A stretch of DNA of 64,000 nucleotides from Octopus vulgaris (GCA_951406725.2 OX597834.1:36332001-36396000); one strand, 5' to 3'; shown: positions 27,919 through 41,356, numbered from the stretch's first letter. The notes: generated by a model from the letters alone, not told the origin. Translations and numbers: made by a program.

Positions 27919-28335
27919 ATATAATAAATTAATAAATAAAACATATGCATATATACATACATATATGTACGTACCTACCTCTACATGTATATATACATGC
28001 ATATATGGGTACAGGACACCAAAAAAAAACGTCGAACACAATGAGAAACGAAAACATAAACGCAAAACCAAGGAACTGGACATTTTTCTTAAACAACGAA
28101 AAAAAAAGAGTACAGGACAAATAACACAAGGAAAATTCCCCTTCTTCAGTCGCCATGGTTTCATCTACTCTGCGTTTCGAAATGTCCAGTTCCCTGATTT
28201 TGTGTTTATGTTTTCGTTTCTCATTGTGTTCGGCGTGTTTTTGGTGTCCTGTACCCATATATGCATGTATATGTACATGTAGAGGTAGGTACGTACATGT
28301 ATGTATATATGCATATGTTTTATTTATTAATTCAT

Positions 28336-28340
<5 letters not shown>
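27919..28340. repeat. Inverted repeat (~165-bp arms, ~95-bp spacer) between (TA)n tracts
   Basis: GGGTACAGGACACCAAAA..CGAACACAATGAGAAACGAAAACATAAAC mirrored at 28180-28260. Confidence 0.88.
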
Positions 28341-28366
<26 letters not shown>

Positions 28367-28380
28367 ACACACATACACAT

Positions 28381-28502
<122 letters not shown>

Positions 28503-29024
28503 CAGGTTTCTTTCAGTTTCCGTCTACCAAATCCATTCAGAAGGCTCTGGTAGGCCCGGAACTATGGAAGAAGACATTTGCCCAAGGTGACACGGAGTGG
28601 GACTGTACCCGGAACCATATGGTTGGGAAGCAAGTTTGTTACCACACAGCCACGCCTACGCCGTATATATTTACCATACAAACAAAACCAGGTACCTTGT
28701 TAGTTGTACCAATCTTAACCTTCCCATCAAAGCCAACAAATCCGATGTCATGCAGTAAATTCTGTCGATGGAATTAAATAAATAAATTGAACCAGAAATA
28801 AAATGAAGCGGAGGGTGAGCATCGAAGAATTAATGTAAAATAGTTGAAATATTTAATGTAAAGTATAGAAGCCATCTTATCATGGCTAACCACATTGGGG
28901 AGGGGGTGTTACTGTAGCTTTATAGCCCCAAGAGATCTTCGTCTCTAGCTGGCTTTAGATACAATATCTGTGTCCTTGGACTATTTGCAAAGGGAGGCCA
29001 TCCCTTCCTCGCAAGCCTGAGTGA

Positions 29025-29073
29025 TACGCTCGAACTAGTTTCGGGATTGTTGTCCCTCGTCAACGGGCGGTAA
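29025..29073 (-). ncRNA. Candidate minimal type-I hammerhead ribozyme with palindromic stem III
   Basis: Reverse complement CGCCCG-TTGACGA-GGGA(CAACAA)TCCC-GAA-ACTAGT-T-CGAGCG. Confidence 0.62.
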
Positions 29074-29367
29074 CCATCAGGTCGCGATGAAAGTGAAGGC
29101 CTCTTTGCAAATATATATAAGTTTTTCTAATGGCGTCTGCCACTGATGTCGAAAAACGAACAGTAAGCATAATTAAATCTCAGAATGAGATTGTTTTATC
29201 TTAATGTCAAAGAAATATTTCCAATAACTGTCTTAGGAATATAAATGGTTAACTTCTGCTTCGAAAACTACAAGGAATTTTTAGGTGAGGTTCAGTGAAA
29301 TTGGAGTGTTTCCACTCTGAATATAGCACAATGCTGGTTATTGGCGTAGTGGATGGGGATGTGTGCG

Positions 29368-29405
<38 letters not shown>

Positions 29406-29583
29406 GTGTGCGTGTGTGTGTGTGTGTAATTTTGCATTTGTAAATGCGTAAGCGTACGTTTGTGTACGCAGTTGTGTGCGTACATATACATCGATACGTG
29501 CATGTATAAAAAGAAAAGAGAAAAGAAATGTATGTGTGTATGAATATAACATGCATATATACATAAATACGTATGTATATATG

Positions 29584-29618
<35 letters not shown>

Positions 29619-29667
29619 GTATGTATATATATGCATATATATATATATGTGTGTGTGTATATATATA

Positions 29668-29726
<59 letters not shown>

Positions 29727-29730
29727 GTAT

Positions 29731-29777
<47 letters not shown>

Positions 29778-29781
<4 letters not shown>

Positions 29782-29849
29782 ACTAAGCTCGACGTTGCTT
29801 AACTTTGGTGATCGGACGAGAAACTGCCAATCAACTTGATATGGCCGTA
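29778..29849 (-). pseudogene. 5S rRNA-derived fragment (5' ~70 nt)
   Basis: Reverse complement TACGGCCATATCAAGTTGATTGGCAGTTTCTCGTCCGATCACCAAAGTTAAGCAACGTCGAGCTTAGTACTT follows the invertebrate 5S rRNA 5' half, including box A (AGTTAAGC). Truncated into (TA)n. Confidence 0.85.
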
Positions 29850-30561
29850 TGTATGTGTTTTGGGGGGTATGTGTGTGTGTGTGGCAGAGGGGGGAGAGAG
29901 AGAGGGGGGTAGATAAATGGATAAAGACATACATGCATATGTAAAAATATACATGTATATCTACATGCGTTTATACGTACCTACTTAAATACATACAAAT
30001 ATATAGACATAAAAGTCTACGTACATATGTATGTATGTATATCTGTATGTATATTTGTATGTATATATGCATGTGTGTATGTATGTAGTGTGTATATACG
30101 AATGTATTATGTACGTATGTATGTATGCATGCATGTACATACATACATACTCGTACATACATACATACATACATACATACATACATACATGCATTTATAT
30201 ATATACATTCATACATACATACACACACACATACATACATACTTACATACATACATACATACACACATGCATATATACATACATACACACACACATACAT
30301 ACATACATACATACAAACATACATACATACATACATACATACACACACATGCATATATATACATTCATACATACATACACACACACATACATACATACAT
30401 ACATACATACATACATACATACACACATACATACATACATACATACATACATACATACATACATACATACATACACATACATACATACATACATACATAC
30501 ATACATACATACATACATACATAAATGCATACATACATACATACATACATACATACATACA

Positions 30562-30592
<31 letters not shown>

Positions 30593-31239
30593 GTGCTGTT
30601 GGCCAAAGCTATGTAGACAACAGGAAACGACCAACGAAATGGCTACAGGCAGAGGAGATTGAATTTTCCTAGAAAGCCATTTGCAGATAGATTTGAAAAA
30701 GCAATGGAAGGCCAGTTTGACATAACCAAAATTACTTTGCTTTAATACGAAGAAACCTTGCAGCAAATAACGAAATCAATGTATTTGACGGAGAAGCTTA
30801 GGCCCATAGACAAATACATGAATTATTAAAATTATCCCTGCCTCTTGAAGATGTATCATACTCACCAACTGGTAACAGAGGCCGGCTCAATTCGTTTGTT
30901 TGTTTGTTCCTTCTCGAGCCATGCCTGGCTCATAAGGGCCGGTTTCCCGGTTTCCTTGGCGTATAGGTTCCTCATCTGGACGAGACGCCGGTCCGTCGCA
31001 GGTGAGCTGCAAGATGCAGGAGGAAAGAGTGAGTGAAAGTTGTGGCGAAAGAGTCAGCATAAGTTCGCCATTACCTTCTGCCGGAGCCGCGTGGAGCTTT
31101 GGTGTTTTCACTCATAAACACACACATCGCACGGTCTGAGATTCGAACCCGCGATCCCTCGACCGCAAGCCCGCTGCTCTAACCACTAGGCCACGTGCCT
31201 CCACACCGGCTCAATTTAAGAAGAGGAGATAATTTAAAG

Positions 31240-31568
31240 CAGGGACGCACAACCTTTTTCGTCCAAAAGGCCAAATTGTGAATTCAGTCACTCAAAGCGG
31301 GCCGCAAAGTATACAATATAATTTGGGTGATCAAGAAACATACAAAAACAGTAGTATGAGAAAGGTTAATGAAAATATGAGGGAAAATAACATAAGGAAA
31401 TATAATAAAAGTTGATAAATAAATACTCTTCTGTGTGTTTTCAGTGTGTGATTGTGATACAAGCGGTTATGTTAATTTTCAGTTACTTATTAAAACAAGA
31501 AAGTCTTTGCCAAATGGGTTTGTGGGCCGCACAAAATGTCATCGCGGGTCGCAGGTTGTGCATCTCTG
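31240..31568. mobile_element. hAT (Charlie-like) MITE
   Basis: TIRs CAGGGACGCACAACCT / AGGTTGTGCATCTCTG; 8-bp TSD ATTTAAAG / ATCTAAAG; subterminal GCGGGCCGCA-type motifs. Confidence 0.85.
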
Positions 31569-32293
31569 ATCTAAAGAGTCAAGAATTATCTAGAGACAAC
31601 AAACCGTTAACGAAAACATTTAGGAGCATGAGTTTCTGCCTCGATAACTGTCATCAGCACGACAGTTATCCGACCTTATTTCCAGTAGCCAAGGGACATA
31701 GACAAAAAGGAACAGATAATTCTGATGTGCACTCTATACGATCTTTTTACTCTTACGTTTTTCTCTCTTTCTCTCTCTTATTCTTTACCTTCTCTTCTAC
31801 CACTATTGTATCTTATCTGTCACTCTCTCTCTCCCTCACTCCCTCTCCCCTGCTCAGGTGGCTCCCACGTGACCATCGGCCATCTTTCTTTCATCTCCTA
31901 ACTTGTGTTTCTTTCTCTCCGTTGTAGCTGGAACAAGGAAGACGTGTTCTTGTCTGTCTCCTGTCCATGCTTGATTTACGCGTTCGCCACCACAACCTCG
32001 TTTAGGCTTAGCAGCCCTTCCTGTTTGTTTTCACTGTCCTGTTTGTGTTACCAATTTTGACCTTCCTCAAAATCCCAAATCTTATTTAATTTGCTTTGCG
32101 GGAGTAACTGTTTTATCGAAAGCATAACCAAAGAATATTCTTTTCTACTCTAGGCACAAGGCCTGAAATTTTGGGGAGGGGACCAGTCAATTAGATTGAC
32201 CCAAGTACGCAACTATCCGTCAAATGTAAATAATGTAAACAATGTAATTTAAGTTATAACTATTATTTTATCATTGACTTGTTTCAGTCATTA

Positions 32294-32722
32294 ATGCGGG
32301 ACGCCATCAAAGCAAAGTGGCGTGGCATGCTGACCAAAGTAGTCCGCCTCCTCCCAGTCCTCGCCCCAGTTCACAATCTGCATGTTTCCCAGAAGAAGGC
32401 ACACTCCTGCGGTTATGAATTCCTTCCTCATCTCCCTTAATCTCGCACCATTTGACTTCTACCTCTTTGCAATCATAAAATCTTCTTTGAAGAAGAATCA
32501 CTTTTCCGATGATGGTGAACTTATCTCCGAGCTAAAAGCCTTGGCTCTAGACGCAACCTACCGACTTCTACAGACGAGATCTTTACAGCTTTATAAAGCG
32601 ATGGGGAAAGTGTGTCACCATTGATGGTGGCTATGTAGGGAAGGACTAATAATTATGCCAAGTTTCGTTCATCCCAGTCCTTGGGAAGTGAGTCAAGGGA
32701 AATCTTTAATGAACACTTCTCG
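32294..32722 (+). mobile_element. Mariner transposase C-terminal fragment with right TIR remnant
   Basis: RDAIKAKWRGMLTKVVRLL...NLAPFDFYLF...HFSDDGELISE...WGKCVTIDGGYVGKD*; terminal ...TTAATGAACACTTCTCG resembles irritans-type TIRs. Confidence 0.75.
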
Positions 32723-32744
32723 TGTGTGTATGTATGTATGTATG

Positions 32745-32803
<59 letters not shown>

Positions 32804-32814
32804 ATGTGTGTGTA

Positions 32815-33937
32815 GTGGGTTGGCAAGAAAGTAATTTCGGTTTTTAATGTGAAATAAAAGTCATATTTTTTCTTACAAAGATTGAAATTTAATCAATTAT
32901 ATCTTTCCCATTTTGTTTGATGACCTTTTGCCATCTTTCTGGCAACTTCATGATTCCGTGCTCATAGGACTTCTGGTCCTTATCAGCCAAAAACTGAAGC
33001 ATGTGCAATATCAGGTCATCAGCATTTTTGAAAATTTTTACCATTCAAAGAATTTTTCAAACTTTGAAATAAATGGTAATCTGATGGTGCAAGCTCAGGG
33101 CTATATGGTGGACATCACTTCCCAACCAAGCTCCAATAATTTTTCACAAGTTAGCAAAGATATGTGTGGTCTAGCACTGTCATGGTAGAACACGATTCCT
33201 TTACGATTTGCCAATTCTAACCATTTTTCTTTGATTGCTTCGGCAGAAACGTTAGCACGCCGGGCGAAATGCGTAGCCGTATTTCGTCTGCCGTTACGTT
33301 CTGAGTTCAAATTCCGCCGAGGTCGACTTTGCCTTTCATCCTTTCGGGGTCGATTAAATAAGTACCAGTTACGCACTGGGGTCGATATAATCGACTTAAT
33401 CCGTTTGTCTGTCCTTGTTTGTCCTCTCTGTGTGTAGCCCCTTGTGGGTAGTAAAGAAATAGATTGCTTCCTCCAGTTTCATTAGTTGTTGATAGCAAAC
33501 ATTTGAATTGATCGTTTGGTTCCTTTGAAGTAGCTCAAAATACACAACACCTTTGTAATCCGACCAAATCGACATATATGCAATTCAGCTTTCGACGTGG
33601 TTTCTGCTGGTTCTTTACACTTGGACCATGATCGTTTTTGATTGGTGTTATTGTAGACAATCCATTTCTCATCACCATTAATGATTCGTTTCAAAATAAC
33701 GTGGATTTCATAGCGTTTACTCTTTACTCTTTACTCTTTTACTTGTTTCAGTCATTTGACTGCGGCCATGCTAGAGCACCGCCTTTAGTCGAGCAAATCG
33801 ACCCCGGGACTTATTCTTTTGTAAGCCCAGTACTTATTCTATCGGTTTCTTTTGCCGAACCGCTAAGTGACGGGGACGTAAACACACCAGCATCGGTTGT
33901 CAAGCAATGCTAGGGGGACAAACACAGACACACATAC

Positions 33938-33992
<55 letters not shown>

Positions 33993-34756
33993 TACGACAG
34001 GCTTCTTTCAGTTTCCGTCTACCAAATCCACTCACAAGGCATTGGTCGGCCCGGGGCTATAGCAGAAGACACTTGCCCAAGATGCCACGCAGTGGGACTG
34101 AACCCGGAACCATGTGGTTGGTTAGCAAGCTACTTACCACACAGCCACTCCTGCGCCTGTTTGAGATGCATATTGCAAATAGTGATTTCTTGGGTTAAGT
34201 GAATCTCTTTCAATTTATGTGGAACCCGAATATCGAGCTTCTTAACGAGTCCAAGACATCTTAAGCCATTTTCAATTGTTGTCTGCGATACAGTTAAACT
34301 CTCTGCAATCTCTCGCACATTTATATGACAATCGGATTCAATTATGGCTTTGATTTGGTCATCATCAACTTCAGTAGGTCGACCAGAACGTTGGTCATCT
34401 TTGAGTGAAAAACATGCATGACAGAATTTTAAAAACCCTTTCTGACATGTGCGTTTTCTTAAGCAGTCAACACCATAAACTTCACATAGCTCTTTGTGAG
34501 CCTCAGCAGCTTTCTTGCCTTTACGGAAACGAAAAGTAAACTATGGTAAAAAAAATGTTCGTTGTTGCACTCCATATTAAAATTGACACTGAACTAACAG
34601 CTGTAAACAAAATTACGCGCAATCTATTTCTAAAGTAAGCTAAAAGTAACGGCTATCAAAGGTCAAAAGGAAAAAAAAATCACAATATTGACAAATGTCA
34701 TTCAAAAAACCGTAGCTCTATTTGCGAAAAACGAAATTACTTTCTTGCAAACTCAA
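32815..34756 (-). mobile_element. Near full-length decayed mariner (mellifera-like TIR), interrupted by two SINEs
   Basis: TIRs (G/T)TG(G/A)GTT(G/T)GCAAGAAAGTAATTTCG; ATG at 34575; motifs RVPHKL (WVPHEL), IINGDEKWIVYNN, FYHDSARPH, PPYSPELAPSDYH; ends QNGKDIID*; frameshifted. Confidence 0.92.
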
Positions 34757-34917
34757 TGTGTGTTTATGTGTACACACACACATGATGAGGCTTCCACACG
34801 GTTTCCGTCTACCGAATTCACTTGCAAGCCATGGATAGTTGCCTGTCTAAGGTGGCTCGCAATGGAACCGAACCCAAATCCTCGTGGTTGCACAGCGAGC
34901 TTCTTAACCACAGTCAA

Positions 34918-35215
34918 AGGCACGTGGCTTAGTGGTTAGGTGTACTCGGCTCAGATCGTAAGGTCGTGAGTTCGATTCCCGGCGATGCGCTGTCTCCTTG
35001 AGCAAGGCACTTCATTTCCGATTACTCCAGTCCACTCAGCTGACAAAGATGTGTTGTGCTTATATTTCAAAGGGGTCAGCCTTGTCGCATTCTGTTTCAC
35101 ACTGAATCTCCCTGGAAACCATGTTAAGGATACACGCGTGTCTATGGAGTACTCGGCCACTTGTACGCTAATTTCACGCGTAGGATGTTCCGTTGATCGA
35201 ATGAACTGGAACGAG
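34918..35215 (+). mobile_element. SINE family D (tRNA head + TGTCCTTGAGCAAG.CACTT core)
   Basis: Homologous copy at about 2815-3095; relatives with a different tail at about 10640-10960 (-) and 39410-40205 (+). Confidence 0.8.
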
Positions 35216-36689
35216 AGCGTGCCAGTTCTTAACCACGCAGCCATATCAGCGGTTAGGATGCAGGAAATAATCCATAAAACATCACAGACAGTGCCAGAAT
35301 GGAGAATTTCTTACCGATGCCTAATTGGATCCAACCATTTTTCTCTGTCATTTTTTTTTTTTGCTTTTTGTTTTTTTGGTATAGGATTATGAGTGAGAGT
35401 TAATGTACAGGAATACTGACTCCATAGAAATATATAGGAACTGCAGTTACTGGAATTAGATTAATTAGTGTCTGGCATAGCATGCTCTGCATACATATGC
35501 GTACATACATACACATACATACATATATACAGACAGGCAGGTAGGCAGACATGCTTGCATACATACAAACATGCATACACACACACACACACATATATAT
35601 AGATATACAATGAGCTCATTACACACACACACACACACATACACATATATATATATTTATGCATATATACATACATGCATAACTGCGTACATACATGTGT
35701 TTGTAAGTATATGTATGTATGTATGCATATAAAATAGTAGTATAAAATGTGGATGCTGAGAATCGTCGGCTGGCTTCTGATTTTAGTTTTGTATGTATTT
35801 GTATGTGTGTATATTCATATATATATATATATATATATGAATATATACATACGCACGCACACAAAACTATACATACACACACACACATATATATATTGTA
35901 TGTATGTGTGTGCATATATGCATTATGTTTATATATATATATATATATATACGCACACATATACACACACACATATATATATATACGCATATACACCTAT
36001 ACATGCATACATAATATATACCTATATATCCATATATACATTCATGCAAACATGTATATACGTATGTATGGTGTGTCTAGTATAAAATACAGGTGATATA
36101 TCTTATAGCTCCGATCCAGGTGACTAATGATCAAAGACGACCACCCTGGTTTTTATTCAGGCATTACCTTCCCCACCACCGCCTCTGGTAACCATGACTC
36201 CGGTTTCGTTTTGTGATCACACTAAATGATCCGCCAATGCACGCAACGTGGGTTTTTCCAATTAGCTTTTGACCTTCTCCGACCCATTCTCAACTACCTT
36301 TTCTCTATCGCATACACCCCACCCTGCCAATTGTCACCTTACCTTTCCAATGCATCAACTTACGAACACCATCATCTCCTCCAGTTTAACCCTGATTTAG
36401 CCAACGTCTTCCCTTCGTATCTTTCCAAGCATGGACCGAAATGTCCATGGACTGACTTAAAACGATCGATCGGAGAGCTGTAAAATCTTGCCTGCATTAT
36501 TTTCAACTCTTCTTATAAATAACTGTTGTACTTTTCTTTTTTTTTTCAGGTAAACTGACATTTGACTGTTCTAAGACGACTTCGAATTTAATTAACAGCG
36601 ACTTCTCTTTCAAATGGAAAGGTGTATATATTTCGTATGTATGGTCTATATAATATACACCTATTTCTGATGTACTCTTTACTCTTTTA

Positions 36690-37036
36690 CTTCGATCCTT
36701 TAGAATTGGAATTTTTGAAAAGTCAAAATTTTGCATTATGTTGCTTGTTTATTCTCTTTAAGGCAACATTTTTCTTGCTGAAATACACCGAAAAATGGCG
36801 ACACAGCAGTCATAAAATAGGGATTTTCATAGAAAAAAGCACCTTTTTGAAGTAAATAATTTTTGGTGTTAACATGGTCCGATTTGAATTTTTTCTTCTA
36901 TGGAAGGAAGAGCAAGTCTTCTATCATACTCTCAATTTTGGTCAACTTGCGCCACAGGGTCTTGGAGGAGATAGTGTTAGTTGAAGGCTACCAAACCTGC
37001 CACACACAGACAACTTCAGCTTTATATATAGATAGA
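36690..37036 (-). mobile_element. 3'-truncated copy of the same Helitron family
   Basis: Reverse complement matches 48878-49235 (TATATAAAGCTGAAGTTGTCTGT...AAAATTCCAATTCTAAAGG). Confidence 0.78.
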
Positions 37037-38312
37037 TTGTATGATACAGACAAAAAGGTGATATTTTCAAACACAGCATTGCTGTTAAAACAGCAGAAAT
37101 AATGGGTAATATCACAAGGCAGAAAAAGTGGTCAACAAACAGCATTCAAAAATATCCCCACCTTGTTTGTATCATACAATACATATTCAATGCTTCTAAT
37201 AAAAACAAATGTAAGTTTGTTTATATATACATGTGTGGTTGTACAGTTTATATTTTGTTTAAGAGAATTCCCATACTGGATGTAAAGCTTGTATTTTTGA
37301 TTATGTATTGTGTTACTGTGATCAACCTCCACGGTTGTTCTCCACTGCTATTATTTTGGTGTCATCCACTTGTTGCCAATATCTGACAGACAAGTGAAAA
37401 TTTAACATTTTTTTCATCTTTCTAAAAGAATTCTGATTTAGATAATTAAAAAATAATTTCTTAAAGGTAACACAATTGATAAATAATGTAAGACACATAC
37501 TAGTTGAGGGTTATGCATGCAGCAGGAGGAATAATGAGATGTTGTGAGCTCTCCACAAAACTGCCAATGTATCATAAGCAATTCTTTGTATGTCTGTGCC
37601 AATTTTTGGTTTCTTTTCAATATTTTAATAATGGTTTCAAATTTTGACATAAGGTCAACAATTTTAGGGGCAGGGAATTCCCATACTGGATGTAAAACTT
37701 GCATTTTTGATTATGTATTGTTATTGTGATCAGCCACTAGGGTGGTGCGCCACTGCTATTATTTTGTTGTCATCCACTTGTTGCCAGTATCTGACAAATG
37801 AAAATTTAACATTTCTTTCATTACCGACTCCCCAGTGCTCAGCTGGTACTTATTTTATCAACCCTGAAAGGATGAAAGATAAAGTTGACCCTGGCAGAAT
37901 TTGAACTCAGAGCATAAGGACAGACAAAATGCTGCTAAGCATTTTGCCCCATGTGCTAACCATTCTGCCACCTGTTATTAATAATCCTTTCTACTAAAAG
38001 CACAAGGCCTGATTTTTGGAGGGAGGGAACTAGTTGATTATATCAACCCCAGTGTTTCACTGATACTTAATTTATTGATCCTGAAAGGATGAAAGGCAAA
38101 GACAACCTCAGCGGAATTTGAACTCTGAATGTATCGACGGGCGAAATGCTGCTAAGCATTTTGTCCAGCGTGCTAAGAATTCTGCCAGCTCACTGCCTTA
38201 GCTGGTATTAATAATAATAATTTATGCTTATTCAGCTTCCTAGCTTACAACCTGGTCTTCCATCCGTAATACAGCCATATTAAAAGCAGGGCAATTTTTT
38301 TATATTTCGTTT

Positions 38313-38640
38313 TTGGATTTGGTTTGCAAGATTCTTTATGTGAGTTCGTGTGTTGAAACATATTCTGTTGTGTCTGGGGAGAGTCATTTTCTTTTAGTGC
38401 CTTATAATTTAACACACTCATCGGTCAAATTTCCACTAATTTCTTATTTTTATTTTCCTAAAATTTTCCTTGCATCTTGCAACCTTTTCAATAGTTTTGA
38501 CTCAAAACGATTGAAAAGGTTGCAAGACGCAAGGAAAATTTTAGGAAAATAAAAATATGAAATAACGGAAATTTTACTGGTGAGTGTGTTACATTATAAG
38601 GCACTAAAAGAAAATGACTCTCCCCAGACACAACAGAATT
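38313..38640. repeat. Fold-back element (~140-bp arms, centre ~38501); related to 56081-56495
   Basis: ATTCTGTTGTGTCTGGGGAGAGTCATTTT... / ...AAAATGACTCTCCCCAGACACAACAGAAT; shares ATTCTTTATGTGA..TCGTGT.TTGAAACA and the central TTGAAAAGGTTGCAAG with the 56 kb copy. Confidence 0.85.
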
Positions 38641-38756
38641 TTTTTTATAAGTTTCAAACTAAAAAAAGCATGTCTTATATACCAGCAAATAGAAATAGTT
38701 AAACATACAAAATAAAACACATCAATTCTCCATAATATAACAATATTCTATCAAGG

Positions 38757-38762
38757 TTTATT
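38757..38762 (-). terminator. Probable polyadenylation signal of NDUFB2
   Basis: AATAAA about 170 nt downstream of the stop, followed by a GT/T-rich tract (GTGTTTTATTTTGTATGTTT, about 38701-38720). Confidence 0.55.
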
Positions 38763-38928
38763 AATCTATTTACACAAAGAAATAGTTTTGCTGAAGGACT
38801 TTGTTGATAGTAGCTGGTTCCATCTTGTTGTTTTTCTTGTTATTGTTGCTGTAGCATCATCATCATCATCATTGGTAGTAACAACCACATAGATAGAACA
38901 AAGCCATGTCCGAGTCAGTTCAGCTGTT

Positions 38929-39006
38929 TTATTCTTCTTCATCATCAGGTGGTATCCCTAATTCTTCATCTGTCCACTTGGATGGAGTGGGGTAGGTAAA
39001 ATGTCC
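38929..39006 (-). CDS. NDUFB2: NDUFB2 coding exon 3 (C-terminus)
   Basis: Acceptor CTTCTTCCTTCCAG then GHFTYPTPSKWTDEELGIPPDDEEE*, nearly identical to the conserved NDUFB2 C-terminus (GHFPYPDPSQWTDEELGIPPDDED in human). Total protein 98 aa. Confidence 0.97.
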   Translation of the reverse strand, partial: GHFTYPTPSKWTDEELGIPPDDEEE

Positions 39007-39665
39007 CTGGAAGGAAGAAGAAAAGTGAGTGAGTGAGAAAGACAAGAGAGAAAGAAAGAGAGAGAGAGAGAGAGTAGGAGATATATTAAGATAATGAGAG
39101 AGGCATAAAGTAAGACAAAAAACAAGAGTATTATTATATTAGATTATAATAAAAACCACAAAATGTTTGTGAAATACAGCCTAACCAGGGTTTCCTGGTC
39201 AAGATATTGATGTATTTTGCCATTTATCAAGCTCGTAAATGGCAAGATGGTTTTATGAACTGCATTCAGAGCAATCAACATTTGAATGCATTTAGGAAGA
39301 GACAAAGAGAAACCAAGGGGAGATAATAAACACCACCCAGTATACATAACCAGTGTCTAACAAACATCAGAAATTACACAAACCAACACTGGAATGCATT
39401 ATGTATGATGTAGTGAGTTCGATTCCTGGACAGGGCTGTATGTTGCGTTCTTGAGCAAGACACTTTATTTCATGCTGCTCTCGTGCACTCACCCATAAGG
39501 AATATGTTGTGAAGTCAATGGTGCCAAGCTGTATCGTCCCCTTTGCCTTTCCCCTGGACAACAACAATGGTGTGGAGAGGGAAAACTGGCAGGCATGGGC
39601 AACTGCTGGTCTTCCATAAACAATACTGCCTGGATTTGTGCCTCAGCGGTGATGGTATGAAGAGG

Positions 39666-40064
39666 AGGCAAGCTGGCAGAGTCGTTAGCACGTCGGGCAA
39701 AATGCTCAGCAGTATTTCGTCTGTGGCTACATTCTGAGTTCAAATTCCGCTGAGGTCGACTTTGCTTTTCATCCTTTCGGGGTCGATAAACTAAGTACTA
39801 GTTACGCACTGGGATCGATGTAATCGACTTGATCCGTTTGTCTGTCCTTGTTTGTCTCTTCTGTGTTTAGCCCCTTGTGGGTAGTAAAGACATAGGTATT
39901 TTGTCTGTCGCTGCGTTCTGAGTTCAAATCCCGCTGAGGTCGACTTTGCCTTTCATCCTTTCGGGGTCGATAAAGTAAGTACCAGTTACGCACTGGGATC
40001 GATGTAATCGACTTGATCCGTTTGTCCCCTCTGTGTTTAGCTCCTTGTGGGTAGTAAAGAAATA
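39666..40064 (+). mobile_element. SINE family B dimer nested in another SINE (about 39410-40205)
   Basis: TSD GGTATGAAGAGGAGGC at 39654-39669 and 40065-40080. Confidence 0.88.
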
Positions 40065-40730
40065 GGTATGAAGAGGAGGCTGGTATGCATAGGCAACTGT
40101 TGGCTTTCCATAAACAACCTTGCGCAGACTTGTGCCTCAAAGGGTAACTTTCTAGGGGCAATCCCATGGTCATTCATAACTGAAGGGGCCTTTACCCTTT
40201 ACCCATTAGGCATGCATGGGCAAGAGTCTTCTCCTAAAGGTTGTAGTAGAGACCTTTGAGCAGATTTCATACATAAAAACTGAAAGAAACCAGTCTATGC
40301 ATTTAATGTGGGTGTGTACGCACATGTAAATGTGTTTGTTTGCACTACTTGGAAAAAAAATTGCTCGGTTTCAGGCAGTGAGCCTCATTGAGCTATCATT
40401 TCCTCTGTCAACAGGTCCTCTACTGGATCTTCGGTGTAAGCAATCCCATATTTGAATAAACAGGTGAAGGTTGGTTAGCAACAGGATATACAACCAACAG
40501 CAATAAACAATACGTCGATAACATATCTTGCTTAACAGACCTCAGAAGTAGAACAAAAGAAAAAAGAAAAAAAACTATGGAAGTGAAAACGATTGAGCGG
40601 AGGAAGGGCCATAACTGTCATCAGTACTGCTGACACTGGTTGCAGGAAGGACAGAAGTTATCTCCTCCAGTGTAATAGTAGTGGTGGTGGGGGTGGGGGT
40701 GGTAGTAATAGTAGTAGTGTGTTTGCTATA

Positions 40731-41103
40731 GGTCGGGGGGGGGGGGGGTTCTAAACTATTTTTTTCCTCTATGGACCCCTTTGATTACAGTTTTATTCTG
40801 GGTGGACTCCAACTGCCATTCGATGTTTAAAAACTAGCTTTATAGAAACTTCTTTCAAAATTCCTATTTGGTTTTTCATACATTAACTTGTGTAGGTTGA
40901 ACCGTGGAAAATGTTAAAGTAACCTGGCTGTTTCTTGCAATACACACCAATACATACATCTAAAGCAAAATTTCTTCAGGAGTCCTTAAAATACTATTGT
41001 GGATCCCCAATTTACTACTTTGTTGTGTGGACCCCAACCCAACCTTGCAAATTTTATATGGACCCTCAGGGGTCATATGGACCGCAGTTGGAAACCACCA
41101 CTG
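40731..41103. mobile_element. Degenerate hAT-like MITE
   Basis: Ends GGGG..TTCTAAACT and AGTTGGAAACCACCACTG; repeated subterminal (A/G)TGGACCC(C) motifs; TSD unclear. Confidence 0.5.
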
Positions 41104-41356
41104 GTTTGGACCAAAACCCACTGCGTTTTGGTGGTGGACCTGGAGAAGTCAAATGAGTAAAATACCTAAGTCATTGTTGAGCGTGTGTTCTCGTAGCAAA
41201 TTGTTCCTTGGCTGAAGATCACTTCTGATTGGTCAGACATATTTTCAAAGGCATTCCATCCACGACTATCCTGTCTCTATTTTCAATCAAAGTCATTGCT
41301 AGGACAGCATTTTCTAACGTCCCCTTGCATTTGCTTTTTGTTAGTTCTTTTTTGTT

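Noticed and set aside
30600-30880. Coding-like unique stretch
   Set aside because: Stops in all plus-strand frames read and no recognisable motif; probably a decayed transposon, not assignable.
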